A stretch of 59,613 nucleotides of DNA from a virus (Duplodnaviria > Caudoviricetes), in the IMG/VR virus record IMGVR_UViG_3300031578_000031, positions 1 to 59,613 of that record. One strand, written 5' to 3'. Made by a program: the position numbers and the translations under genes. This document shows, piece by piece, positions 42,301-49,097 of the stretch. The notes under the pieces were generated by a model. The model worked only from the letters and a program-made list of their open reading frames with translations, searched no databases and was not told the origin of the DNA. The stretch's first letter is position 1. The number at the start of each line of letters is the position of its first letter.

Positions 42301-42663
42301 GGTTCTAACGACTTTAACTCAGGTATGTTAGGGGTGCTTAAAGATAGGAATCCCGGCAAGATGCGTTCGGTACAGTATATGTATGACAACATGGGAAAAT
42401 ACAAGCTATGGGATACCAAAGATGGAGAAGGGCTTAAAGCCCAATTGGGAGGTATGAATGATTTGAATACAGGAGAAGCACGGGATGAGCAAACAAAACT
42501 TATTATTGAGTATTCCCGTAATATAGAAAAAAAATGGAAAGCCAATATTCCAATTTATGACAAATTCCTTTTAGGTAAGGATGTAGAAATAAATGGGAAA
42601 ATTTATAATAAAAAAAATACGCACCATGCTAAAAGAGTACGCCATTTTTTGTTTAATAATTAA
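30301..42663 (+). CDS. Giant polyvalent (DarB-like) virion protein: ParB-like + SF2 helicase + zincin peptidase + LPD38-like C-terminus
   Basis: PVVNTRGEVLQGNGRT (~35060, ParB-like). LLDSMGVGKTRQ, YDESQNLK, STATP, STGINLD and QVQGRISRR (~37280-38700, strawberry-notch-like SF2). AHELGH...EGIAE (~39320-39480). ARDLMDF, IPFSNASLQG, IPKPFELG and PRKVDYVI (LPD38-like). Confidence 0.85.
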   Translation: MPGTPKEERKKMYDLLKSEKEYDGDSFEDFEADFGTAEGQKMLFDHVSKKGLYTKKYEDFVGKYYADVNQEQVTEKKKEQKAAIQEEVGGGWFDVGLPEESTPKDSPKPATILMDPKKAAAQIVNSNEKINSESLNELSKRMGAAFGTNEVWDNNVKNAEKKLNTELSVLEERKAAGDIKDEAIYKKLVEKSQKKHDNTVKVAQDAKLYERKLSNEGIAPPTYLALETLKTMQPEEEWVDKPISDKLFHQIDEMSKKDGSYLSLDLPERADPSMMIIPFSRSAPLADNVDKVLDAEGFTGTERSAMRLHLLQRLVNQPRIDKIETKLAKSLKKLGMPSPAEFEKEASIIQDIQNNVNNQVVKYRANWENQGKVLDDAFKVKSDSYKEQKTLELEGLVAAYQTAFEKGEVSDKVANEAIKKKQEEINAEFKTMYDDYIVKRSAIQEQSAVEYGNIHKLNEESVAKIAKFKEKYKLVDGKFSEEYKEKYQAVVESVWEEQDLIDKSAQADAWNKMNYLQKFETSLQGGFMNLAEMGFGGWKYFAPGAEMPDIGLIDIDIARKNAPAPDLGDFNLHHLYSPDWWVKNLGEQLPIMLPLMGTGGAVMKGVTLGLGTKGATSALSNVLGKYGQLTLQTRQAIGSVFGGGASRYIESYMEGSLTFTESLKDGKSWEESMKNFQTVRDSNLMLMGLDAMQMYMTFAKGPKIMASKAPYSGIPKGLKNAYSFGGKMGIMIFSEGKEEQLQEWFQARVNNPYLSFGAFANSEAGKEVFWVGGMMGVGTSAMFGGFRDRSAIGMINKQVQSYYSMMDSGDVSLDEVENRLHQLGSTIETLKAQGVLSDKEIGNAQEILAHSGRMFNQVYNGILPFEYDSPQFNEYSALTWEHEQLRKKAEQYDKAVPNEDTAVEKELIKSQQENINDRIMEIVSDPKASSYGVDDMPLTKTEFESLVFDPANREALDQGRLTTNDPEILARMRSEGIKEEMFLGNAENVMTELTGSTDFSMENVDDSIMIAEDKLAIAKEEAAKNENSSKYPKFLNAERDAQRNLDDLKYYKGHLEEQQSILDKGVIQTEYTPITNTQDLLDTKKDDVFEGPDGKQWTVVNNSEGRGMMKSEDGKYKVFTASEESIKELEGFRRVSEVAAVTPVVKEDITPAKEEGVVVPEGDGEVILENEDGTPSVTAYTSEENGVTTTRIESEPNKHGHKGMDWFNGELFVKDYGVPEAEILNQLPGAEAISDVNSVVVSEEKIDADGNKSVRITGRYENLNTGTMEDFDIEVPVANLNYTLTPEQKKLIGETIAKAKVEPTPAKEKAPVVEEKTEGEPTTEAKVEPVKEKKGVINVNAPNEQGKLNNKEVNLDVSDENSMYEIFNSIGDNAEIDITRDPKKLDRMLGMPKEFMLGAIENPPKSSVKTGEDLLNNYEIIPGKVKKAGQGYKVTQKIKLVPKQGKSVVTPITETKVEPEPIIEEEEDVEGELQDTPINAAEDVKRGYRVVGGIRYDRPAVIEDMHTGDEIGVRFGPNDKVQAKFAVMEASDVEQSHMKTMPNPKFFVNQPKGRGHGDFMKITGTIKAMALDNEALAYSANAYFGPPVVNTRGEVLQGNGRTEGIKIAYNEYGSNAASYKQYLIDNAAKFGLDPDVIAKMERPMMVRVIDVTDDAGKKLSSFKSSDLEDQGGAKSEAISMVRKVTPEQLDSIISAFEGRLDASKSLKEIVMNIKIINALHKAGAISDQDYSSGVTGSVVSSELADKAVSFFKQLVLEGGIPDLAFHLDQLPFYIMDGIERSTVSLLSTNPLRDIMPDLHIAILGVRDYLFGRKSQNLGKSQTIEDWLNILESDGSTKRDQYTPVELALIEFMVDKTAKQKEIAKLFADYKTAVEPIVGDMFTESFDGISKVEAINQILGTNIDENENRRKELELSRTGETATGVPSKTESTEATTGESGESVSKQPTTTEQERQIDRDESEVEPSEMEMSDVFAEFDRLINSGVDHVIAMDTAMSLAENSGLSAEALEEIEDILEQDVKLEKIKKGVTEKASEIEIELSEDVTPAKVEELAEENDKLLDEAILPTELNDALIDQLSQGGLISIDDAHYAKKHLKEPNEITQDFYDLALSKLPEFAEKQKTSKKAKAERAKAEKVTGKKKTKPTEEKAEKPKNAKEKNTQLDKKLDIAKTKLQDLLDKLKNNDKSQKSGGPTIGEVRMAAMTYGALYADKIAEIHADNPEKINKANWRQGMIDTFGDIISPYLDMILGMTTPPSVHNDTPILSDHIANLRKIAKGKEVVINTETPAPEGKQGKPKVDERVGNERPPITYVNYEKLPSSVDEFIPESRYGTELDKHQRFAVNMALTNFLSNGKRGFLLLDSMGVGKTRQIIATAIEYAKRTGKKVVIVTQNQQIIDTAFMPDALAMGIDLSKENVELITYTQLEKASKNQYGLVIYDESQNLKNPSKRFEASGAIVSTHVMYSTATPGDNIGNAIYFLSDLLGISREEMMGELGITKTKEGTWELRANKSELDAITAINDYIQKSFEDGQIIRREYPYWGTIGEDIIPIDSDQELEIEGINAAYDEQIDKTRPNQTFYDGKTGQMKNSGKGRRGWDNRYKGLSDDAANVLDDDIIRSLREQKINMLDKLVETYKVKAAVLRIKANLAEGKAVVVTSQNVNELNIKGLNGDMTTTEKRQSFLQELAKALDKAGIPYVEINAKTDKSKAVEDFQSGKVNVVIGSMQSMSTGINLDDVTGDKPRVLYVASASYDANAFNQVQGRISRRNTKTPAETNILYGNTASETTKRGKVERKTGVLGVFQGAGLDADSAKEIEENDKLRKGKALDRKKPYIETFEVKGSIVSGGFILVKDSFDIKNLLKNIGAKPHTKWEKQSDGTNKKVFQGWEFPISRKAEIEELVEKYNAGELDINYARNSKANFQFSTMAGTNANRQVNATAPKGGTGTAPRIDVSVITGKKPKPIREIIGDVRRAFTVYMKYGKYQPGSRAAGSYQAVNSAIHAATPNDIDVIAHELGHLLDDRLKISPMDDALDTELMDYWAYGSAAPASHPNPQQYIRSEGIAEYIRAMIYNPAEAKSRSPILWDLVMNKLSEAEIKALETFSEDVRTLHGADILDQMAATMQETEADRKARSNAYQNKKRAWDNMMRRFGFKSDGMSNFNITWWDKLNRNWADKYAPFKKSMRELQKINGVTEQDILPEDNPYTLARLFSGLGSKIKNMFQQGVVTIGKDGLGYSRLTDLSDISKQTYFNNVKKGDIVQKGDDSYTVVEVEKKPGTKDSVKITAFKNYGKDVDSSKSIEIVFGSKEATEYKKQSPITMDWLLAPIQLAINGKSSKYGAVSFKGKNVAIRDFKDYVGFYMVAERTIELANRFNREDVLTGIGIGMTDLDAAQKFLDKFETEGPAFQEQVQEAARRYRIFADSMLRYMLDSGRISQEQIDLIKANNLQYVAMQRVQDMNPGEDFDFIESSGGGQFSLDKAVKGSKRDRFDPYENLMTNFHKVVESSDLNQIYNAYVDLMRNDRSMYEGDVTPTADIGRQIHITPTTDISNRPIIIVYNKGVKEYWELDQDVYDSIQLISRSIQYSDVVKLLLKITGVYTKVLRGTVTKSPIFAYLRNLPRDIQARWVQSRTAGKADIAGFREHYLKLGLDENTVEGLIKDLNKSKKETISNFELYGGDQAGYYTKSREHYYAAMDVAIRKMAKEGKIVIDSQTLSEVWDNYDNWLAKGERSTRVAEYKSAFKYAKTKLKYDDYNASLYAAFQARDLMDFAVVGVHMDFFNKIIPFSNASLQGTLRTIKAFKENPKGTLLKWMLINGAPHALFMALSMLGDYEDEYDELPAYQKDMFYNFKIPQLSKDLWFTIPKPFELGITGTAFERMATMIKNGETFDKAFQGYNGSLYRAMIPFAPEDMLGPFKAINEATSNYSAFYQSSIIPGYEEPLAVGMRKGTSKASNLGKVIGSAMGFGGEGVDPRKVDYVIKNWFSYFGDLAMKTSDLFPSGEEGDTGSNDFNSGMLGVLKDRNPGKMRSVQYMYDNMGKYKLWDTKDGEGLKAQLGGMNDLNTGEARDEQTKLIIEYSRNIEKKWKANIPIYDKFLLGKDVEINGKIYNKKNTHHAKRVRHFLFNN

Positions 42664-42677
42664 ATTTATTATCTTTA
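42648..42677 (+). promoter_or_regulatory. Putative promoter for the tail fibre/lysis block
   Basis: TTTG(42648-42651)-N18-TATCTTTA(42670-42677). Confidence 0.4.
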
Positions 42678-42700
42678 CTTAATATAAAGAAAATCATACT

Positions 42701-44614
42701 ATGCTGAGAGTAACAAAATTAAATGGTGAGCCTTTGCTTTTGTCGAACGAAGATGTTGACAGGATAGAAAAATCAAGCGCAACAGATACAATAGTGTATT
42801 ATAGCTCGTCAAAGAAAGAAGTCGTACAAGAAACTCCGGCAGCTATCTATGCTACAATAGGACCAAAAGCAGCATTGCTTGTAACATATTCAAACAATAC
42901 GAGCGTTGTAGCTATATTGATGATGCATGGCATCAAGTCTATTGAAGAGTACCCAGGGAATAAGAGTAGAATATCATTCAACTCTAAAACTCCGCTTGTT
43001 GTAGAAGAATCCTTACCAACATTACAAGCACAGATAGTTTCTGCAGGCGGTGGAGGTGGATGTTTACCTATAAACAATTTTACATGGTCCGGGGCACCAA
43101 ATTACTTGCTTACCATTACGGATTGTGGTAGCCCTTATGTAGTGGATTTGTCAGACTTAGCACCGGACGGTACTGTTGTAGCTGTATTGTATAATCCCCT
43201 TACAAGAGAACTTATCATTGATACAGATGAGCCAAATCAATTTATTGTAACTGTACCTGATTTCTTAGTAGGGAATACAGTATTTGTATCTCCGGATGGT
43301 AGTGATGATCCTCTGACAGGGGGTAAAAGGGAGCGAATTGATAGACAATTCGCTACACCTTGGGCAGCCATTGCCTCTGCTCAATCAGGCGATACCGTAG
43401 TTGTTTATCCAGGCACTTATACGTGGCCCAATCAGGTAACTACACAACGATTGATAAAAAATGGCGTAAATATGTTCTGCCATCCAGGTGTAAAGATAAA
43501 CTTTACATCTACTGCTACGACTACCGGCACTTCCCCTTTTTCTGATGATAACGTTCAAGTGATAGGTGGTATCTATGGACAAGGGGAGTTTACTTTTTTA
43601 GGCACAAGTCCGGGTAACCTGACTATAGCTCTTCAAAACATCAACTCTGAAGTTACGATAGAGTGTAAGACATTCTACAACAGAACCCGACTCACTTGTA
43701 CAGGAGCCAAGAAGTTTATCATGCGTGGGGAGAAACATAGCGGTGGAGATACTTCTATTATACGTATGTTCAATGCTACGGCACAGCCTACCATATTTAT
43801 ACATGGGTTTGATGAAGTAATACAAGACAACACTTATAATCCCTCTACTGCCGGCAATGGTGTCTTCTCCCCTTATCAGCTACGTAACTTTACAGAACAG
43901 GGTAGCATCAATATCAAAGCAAAAAGATTACAGTACAGAACTTCTTTCTTTTCACAGGGATTGTTTTTCTGTCAGCTTCTCTCTTGCCCCGTAAATATAG
44001 ATACGGAAATAGAGTATCTTGGCGATGGTACAGGCTATGATGCTCACTACAACCTTATTGGTAGCTCCGAAGCTTGTAGTGCTTTATGGAATGTAAATGT
44101 TAGTTCTAAAAACCATTCAGGTATGGGATGGCGGTGGGGAGTTGGAGGAGGCGTTGGCCCGAACTATGGCAAGTTTACTTTTACCGGAGTACACAAAACA
44201 CCTATTTCCGGAACTATAAATGCAGCCGGACGAGGAACTTTCGTAGGTATGTCAGCCGGGTCAAAACTTGATATGGAGCTTGACTTACAAGTTGAGAATC
44301 GAACCACTACTCTTGATTATTGGTATGACTGTATTATCAATAGTGCTAACATACACTACATCACCGGCAAGCTTCGCTTTGTCACGCCTGACGTAACAGC
44401 AGCTCCTTTCCGGATACCAAACTCTGCATCAAACGGAGTCCCTTATCTAAAGAATCTTGCAGTAGAAACGGACTCTACCTACCTTGCAGAAGGTGGTGGT
44501 GCGCCACAACTATCTGTTCCTTGTATGAGTGTGTTTAGTAACAAGGGCTTTGATCCTGTACTCCACGCTGCTGCCATCGAACCATTAACTGTATCACCTG
44601 CCGTAAAAGTATAA
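42701..44614 (+). CDS. Tail spike with two N-terminal FlbD-like repeats and a right-handed beta-helix
   Basis: MLRVTKLNGEPLLLSNEDVDRIE...DTIVYYSSSKKEVVQET is FlbD-like. TVFVSPDGSD...FATPWAAIASAQSGDTVVVYPGTY is a pectin-lyase-like helix entry. Confidence 0.75.
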   Translation: MLRVTKLNGEPLLLSNEDVDRIEKSSATDTIVYYSSSKKEVVQETPAAIYATIGPKAALLVTYSNNTSVVAILMMHGIKSIEEYPGNKSRISFNSKTPLVVEESLPTLQAQIVSAGGGGGCLPINNFTWSGAPNYLLTITDCGSPYVVDLSDLAPDGTVVAVLYNPLTRELIIDTDEPNQFIVTVPDFLVGNTVFVSPDGSDDPLTGGKRERIDRQFATPWAAIASAQSGDTVVVYPGTYTWPNQVTTQRLIKNGVNMFCHPGVKINFTSTATTTGTSPFSDDNVQVIGGIYGQGEFTFLGTSPGNLTIALQNINSEVTIECKTFYNRTRLTCTGAKKFIMRGEKHSGGDTSIIRMFNATAQPTIFIHGFDEVIQDNTYNPSTAGNGVFSPYQLRNFTEQGSINIKAKRLQYRTSFFSQGLFFCQLLSCPVNIDTEIEYLGDGTGYDAHYNLIGSSEACSALWNVNVSSKNHSGMGWRWGVGGGVGPNYGKFTFTGVHKTPISGTINAAGRGTFVGMSAGSKLDMELDLQVENRTTTLDYWYDCIINSANIHYITGKLRFVTPDVTAAPFRIPNSASNGVPYLKNLAVETDSTYLAEGGGAPQLSVPCMSVFSNKGFDPVLHAAAIEPLTVSPAVKV

Positions 44615-44617
44615 TTC

Positions 44618-44953
44618 ATGGATTTATGTATAACAGAGTTAAATGAAAGTGTGCTGTATAAGCACCACCAAAATGGAACCAAAGAATCTGTGGTTATTAC
44701 CGCAGATAGTTATCCTAAAATACAAGCATTCTTAAAAGAATGTTGCGAGATGGTACAGACAAGCTCTGTAACTGTACTTGATAAGTATTTAGGTTATGAG
44801 CTTTTTATACAGGTGCCTGATTATGAAGGAGAACTTATGCCTAACGCTGCCACTGTTCTATATAGTAATCCAGGGGCAGATATTCAAGGCTATGAATTAC
44901 TAACTAACGAGGTCAAGGCTGAACTTGATGCGCTCGTTGCATTGATACCATAA
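44618..44953 (+). CDS. Hypothetical protein
   Basis: 111-aa ORF within the tail operon. Confidence 0.65.
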   Translation: MDLCITELNESVLYKHHQNGTKESVVITADSYPKIQAFLKECCEMVQTSSVTVLDKYLGYELFIQVPDYEGELMPNAATVLYSNPGADIQGYELLTNEVKAELDALVALIP

Positions 44954-46230
44954 TGGGAAAAACTTACAACAGAGAAACCACAGAAGCAGGGATAGCTTTT
45001 ATCCCTACAACTGTCACTTGGGATATACCCAATGATGGAACGCCTTACAATGTACAGGTGCCTATCACCAATATGCGTGACGACCTGAACTTTGAGATAC
45101 CTAACAATGATGTAACTGTAACCATTGCAGACATCTTGCCGGGTGGCTATGTACTGACTATCACTATACCAAACACGGTTTCCCCTTCTTCTCTGTCCCT
45201 TATAGTCATAACGCCTGGCGGTTCTACCAACGTAGATCTACAAGGGCAGTTGGCTGGTAATGAAGCTTTACGCATTGCAGCCGTGACAGGCCCTTTCTCC
45301 GTAAATGGAGATGATGATATATCAGGCACTTATTTACCAATCATAGAAAAAGGTGCAGTTAATGGTGTAGCTTCCTTGGATGGTACAGGAAAAGTTCCTG
45401 CATCACAACTACCATCCTATGTTGATGATGTGTTGGAGTTTGCTAACCTTGCTGCATTTCCCGGAACAGGTGAAACAGGTAAGATTTATGTAGCTCTCGA
45501 TACAAACAAAACATATCGGTGGTCTGGATCTGTATATGTAGAGATTGCAGCCACTCAGCCAACAACGCTTACCGGTGATGTAACAGGTAGCGGTACAGGT
45601 TCTTTTGCAGCAACTATATCGGCCAATGCTGTTACCAATGCTAAACTTGCTCAGATGGCTGCCAACACCGTTAAGGTAAATGCGACAGCATCAACGACCA
45701 ACGCACAGGATCTTGTAATGGGATTAAGTACCATGCTTGCAAGATTGGCATCAGGTAACATAGTTGCTGCTACTCCTACACAAATAACAGCATTACTTAA
45801 TGTTTTTACATCAGTACTAAAAGGCTTAGTGCCTGCAAGTGGTGGTGGTACGACAAACTTTCTACGAGCAGATGGTACATGGAATGCTATAAAAATGTTT
45901 AATGCTACGGTAACACCTGCTCAGATAACAGCTAACCAAAACGACTATGCGCCTGCCGGATTGGCACCGGGCGTTGTTTTACGATTGGATTTAAATAGCA
46001 ACAGAGAGATTACAGGGTTTTCTGCTACGGATTTTGCAGAAAGAGATTTAGTGCTTATTGTAAATATATCGACATTTAACCTCAAACTAAAAAACAATAA
46101 TGCAGCATCGTTAGCAGCAAACAGAATACTGCTTGACGGCGACTTGACTTTAAGAAGCAACATGAGTGCGTTGCTTATCTATGATGCAGTAAGTTTACGA
46201 TTTAGAGTTGTTTCAATCCAAAAAGCATAA
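44953..46230 (+). CDS. Tail fibre protein
   Basis: KGAVNGVASLDGTGKVPASQLPSYVDDVLE...TGKIYVALDTNKTYRWSGS, LTGDVTGSG and NFLRADGTW are common phage fibre modules. Confidence 0.85.
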   Translation: MGKTYNRETTEAGIAFIPTTVTWDIPNDGTPYNVQVPITNMRDDLNFEIPNNDVTVTIADILPGGYVLTITIPNTVSPSSLSLIVITPGGSTNVDLQGQLAGNEALRIAAVTGPFSVNGDDDISGTYLPIIEKGAVNGVASLDGTGKVPASQLPSYVDDVLEFANLAAFPGTGETGKIYVALDTNKTYRWSGSVYVEIAATQPTTLTGDVTGSGTGSFAATISANAVTNAKLAQMAANTVKVNATASTTNAQDLVMGLSTMLARLASGNIVAATPTQITALLNVFTSVLKGLVPASGGGTTNFLRADGTWNAIKMFNATVTPAQITANQNDYAPAGLAPGVVLRLDLNSNREITGFSATDFAERDLVLIVNISTFNLKLKNNNAASLAANRILLDGDLTLRSNMSALLIYDAVSLRFRVVSIQKA

Positions 46231-46231
46231 T

Positions 46232-46888
46232 ATGGCATACGAGATATACAGCGAAAACAATGAAGCTATACCTTCTATAAAATGGGGGTTAGTCGGTGGA
46301 ACAGTACCAACCGGATTTACAAAAGTAACAGATATTGTTACGCTAAACATTATAGCCTCAAAAGAAATCGGTATAGATTACAAGGCTGTTCGAGACATTA
46401 TAAAAGATGAGGTGATATTAAAGGGGTTTGAAAATCTTACCCCGGATGAAGGTCTTATCGCTGCAACACACAAGATAGGCAATCATGCACAACGCTTGGC
46501 GTTTGTAGGGGGTAATGTTGACATACTGGTAGCTTTAGGTACGCAGTATCATGGGAATGTATATATGTGCAGACAAACAAGAATGGCATGGGCTATATCT
46601 TGTGTACATAATCACTTGGAACATATAATGGTAGGACCGTACTCTGCTCCTGAAATCATCTTGTCAGAAATACCTGTTGCGTATATAGACAACTGGGTAG
46701 GTAATGGTTTAGGAGGTCTATGTGATGGAGATAACACAGAAGGTCTTTTTGATTATCTAAACAGCACAGTAGGTTCTACATGGGAAAACACTGGACTACG
46801 TTCTAAAACATGGACACCGGAAAGCTTGGCTGATATGAACGCCTTTTGTGATAAGTTGATGGGAATCGTTCAAAATGGGATATACTAA
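46232..46888 (+). CDS. Hypothetical tail-associated protein
   Basis: ATG at 46232 directly after the fibre stop codon. Confidence 0.6.
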   Translation: MAYEIYSENNEAIPSIKWGLVGGTVPTGFTKVTDIVTLNIIASKEIGIDYKAVRDIIKDEVILKGFENLTPDEGLIAATHKIGNHAQRLAFVGGNVDILVALGTQYHGNVYMCRQTRMAWAISCVHNHLEHIMVGPYSAPEIILSEIPVAYIDNWVGNGLGGLCDGDNTEGLFDYLNSTVGSTWENTGLRSKTWTPESLADMNAFCDKLMGIVQNGIY

Positions 46889-47764
46889 ATGATACTACAT
46901 TCATACTCAGGTGGTGGGTTTTACCTAAAGGGCATAGCCAAGGCAGCAGCACAAGCCGTGATGAATCATGGCAGTGTGCCCAATGCAGTAGCAGGTGTTT
47001 CCGCAGGTGCATATACCGCAGCAGTTATGGCTATGCGAGGTGCAGCCGTACTGGAATTTGAAGCAGGAAATGTGAAGATGAGTGATGCTTTTGATAGTAT
47101 CCCCTTGACAAAAAAAGGCAACCTTTCATGGAGAGCTTGGCTGAATGTGCTATGTGGAAAGAACTATCTGTCTGACCAAGATGGTCGTCCATTCCTCGCA
47201 AGCATTATCAGTCCGGAGCATTTTTACAACTATCAGCAGCTTGGTACTATCGACTGTTGGGTGATGGCAGTAAAAGTAGAAACAGGAGAAAGAACATTTT
47301 GGAATCTACGCACTGATCCTCGTTCCTACCAAGAAATGTTGGACATGGTAGAAGCAAGTAGCCGGATACCGGTAATGACACAGGCCGTAAAGGTTCGTGG
47401 TAGCTACTACTGGGATGGTGGTAATCGTGACCACAATCCATCTGAGTTGCTGATAAGACAGTATGGCGATAAAGCCACTGAGCTGTTTTCTATATACGCT
47501 CGTCCGGAAGACTTTCAAGTAGTCAACCCTGAATGGGCAAAAGGTTTTGTTTCTACGATAATGAGGTCCATAGAGATCTTTAGTGTAGAAGTAAGTAAGT
47601 CCGATGAAGAGATTGAGAAGCTTCTATGTAAGGAGCTAAACATAAAGAGACAGGCGGTTTATCTGCCTCGCATTTTGAAACATTATTATGATGCTACGCC
47701 TGAGAAGCTGAAAGAGTTAGAAGCTCATGCCGTAGCTCTCACAGAACAAGCATTTAATCAATGA
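46889..47764 (+). CDS. Patatin-like phospholipase
   Basis: SGGG oxyanion loop, GVSAG nucleophile elbow, ASSRIP, and YWDGG catalytic Asp. Confidence 0.92.
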   Translation: MILHSYSGGGFYLKGIAKAAAQAVMNHGSVPNAVAGVSAGAYTAAVMAMRGAAVLEFEAGNVKMSDAFDSIPLTKKGNLSWRAWLNVLCGKNYLSDQDGRPFLASIISPEHFYNYQQLGTIDCWVMAVKVETGERTFWNLRTDPRSYQEMLDMVEASSRIPVMTQAVKVRGSYYWDGGNRDHNPSELLIRQYGDKATELFSIYARPEDFQVVNPEWAKGFVSTIMRSIEIFSVEVSKSDEEIEKLLCKELNIKRQAVYLPRILKHYYDATPEKLKELEAHAVALTEQAFNQ

Positions 47765-48369
47765 ACATGGGAATCTATAACCACACTACAATTTTAGGCT
47801 TTCAATCGTGGAGAGAAATATTTAAACAGATGTTTAAGTACCATCAGATGCGATTAAGCCTTCTCATCAACATCAGCATCGCTATGACACTTATCTTTCT
47901 TACAGTCCCTCTCTTGGAAGAGTGGCTATGGTCCCCATTGTGGACATTGTTTCTGCTTATTGCAGTAATCATCCTTGACTTCATATCTGCCGTTGCATCC
48001 AACTGGGAAAAAGACAAGGGGCTAAAAACAGAGAAAGCAATCAAGGTTCCGGTGACTATCGCCGCTTACATTATACTGTTAGCCATTATGAACAGCCTTG
48101 GCAAGGCCGTCACAGCGTTTGAGATGGACGAGATTTTCAATCCGGTAGCGTTTGACTACATGGCCAAGTCCGTGTACTTCCTATGCTTCTCTATCAACTT
48201 TATCTCGGCACTAAAACACATGAGCAACTTGGGCCTTATACCTAAACCGGTAGCCAAGTTCATAGAACGATTCATAGACACACATAAGAATCGTATAGAA
48301 GAAGTTATCGACAATAAAATTATATCACCACAGGAGCCGGGTGAGGCCCCTTCCAAATCCGAAAAATAA
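47761..48369 (+). CDS. Putative holin (phage holin 4-like)
   Basis: Three to four TM helices. LIAVIILDFISAV and FISALKHMSNLGLIP patterns. Charged C-terminal tail. Confidence 0.7.
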   Translation: MNMGIYNHTTILGFQSWREIFKQMFKYHQMRLSLLINISIAMTLIFLTVPLLEEWLWSPLWTLFLLIAVIILDFISAVASNWEKDKGLKTEKAIKVPVTIAAYIILLAIMNSLGKAVTAFEMDEIFNPVAFDYMAKSVYFLCFSINFISALKHMSNLGLIPKPVAKFIERFIDTHKNRIEEVIDNKIISPQEPGEAPSKSEK

Positions 48370-48370
48370 C

Positions 48371-48955
48371 ATGACTGGACAAGGCCAAATGATTTTAGTT
48401 ACTCCTATCGGAGCTACTGAACCAACAATAATCCTCGTAGATAGACTAAAAGCTATCTATGAAACAGATGACCAATTAAGAGTTTTTATTGGATACAGAG
48501 GTGGCCGTGAACCACTCGAAGTTCAAGAAACGCTTATCGAAATTTGGAATCAACAAAATACTGACGGCAATAACCTCAACATGGTACTATGTACTAATGT
48601 AGAGAAAAATCGTAGAACGATTGAGTTCACACATCAAATGAAGCAAATCTGTACAGAAGGGACAGGGGCTAAAATTACTTTCGATGATGGACGTTCCAAT
48701 CTGATCACAGTAGAAACCTTGCCGGTATTATATGCTTATCAGGGAAATGCAGGTGCGAAGAACTTGGGGATGATTTTTATCACAAGAAAATCGGATGGGC
48801 AAAATTTTATTGAATTTACCCATAAGGTGAAAAGTATGGACCCATATCCGAGTACAGGTGTTGTAACTGGCAGTATCATTACCTTTGCCCCTACCCGTGA
48901 CAGGGTAATCATTGATGAAACGCCTGCTGTTCTTTACGCAAATCAACCGAAATAA
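48371..48955 (+). CDS. Protein of three tandem FlbD/SwrD-like repeats
   Basis: Three ~60-aa units starting MILVT/MVLCT/MIFIT and ending VQETLIEI/TVETLPVL/IDETPAVL. Confidence 0.7.
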   Translation: MTGQGQMILVTPIGATEPTIILVDRLKAIYETDDQLRVFIGYRGGREPLEVQETLIEIWNQQNTDGNNLNMVLCTNVEKNRRTIEFTHQMKQICTEGTGAKITFDDGRSNLITVETLPVLYAYQGNAGAKNLGMIFITRKSDGQNFIEFTHKVKSMDPYPSTGVVTGSIITFAPTRDRVIIDETPAVLYANQPK

Positions 48956-48984
48956 ATATTTTTAATAAAATAAGTTTTAAAATG

Positions 48985-49016
48985 CTTGTTTTTTAAAAAT
49001 ATTAAACATACATTTG
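48985..49016 (+). promoter_or_regulatory. Bacteroidota sigma-A promoter for the replication operon
   Basis: CTTG(48985-48988)-N20-TACATTTG(49009-49016). Confidence 0.7.
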
Positions 49017-49041
49017 TATTGTTAAGATTTAGAATTACATT

Positions 49042-49079
49042 AAGCAACGCATCTTGACCGGTGTGTTGCTTTCTGTTTT
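49042..49079 (+). terminator. Leader hairpin / attenuator-like terminator
   Basis: AAGCAACGCATC-ttgacc-GGTGTGTTGCTT followed by TCTGTTTT. Confidence 0.55.
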
Positions 49080-49097
49080 AAAAACATAAGTAGGATT

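Noticed and set aside
42701-48955. Diversity-generating retroelement or invertible tail-fibre cassette
   Set aside because: No reverse transcriptase, invertase or template/variable repeat pair seen.
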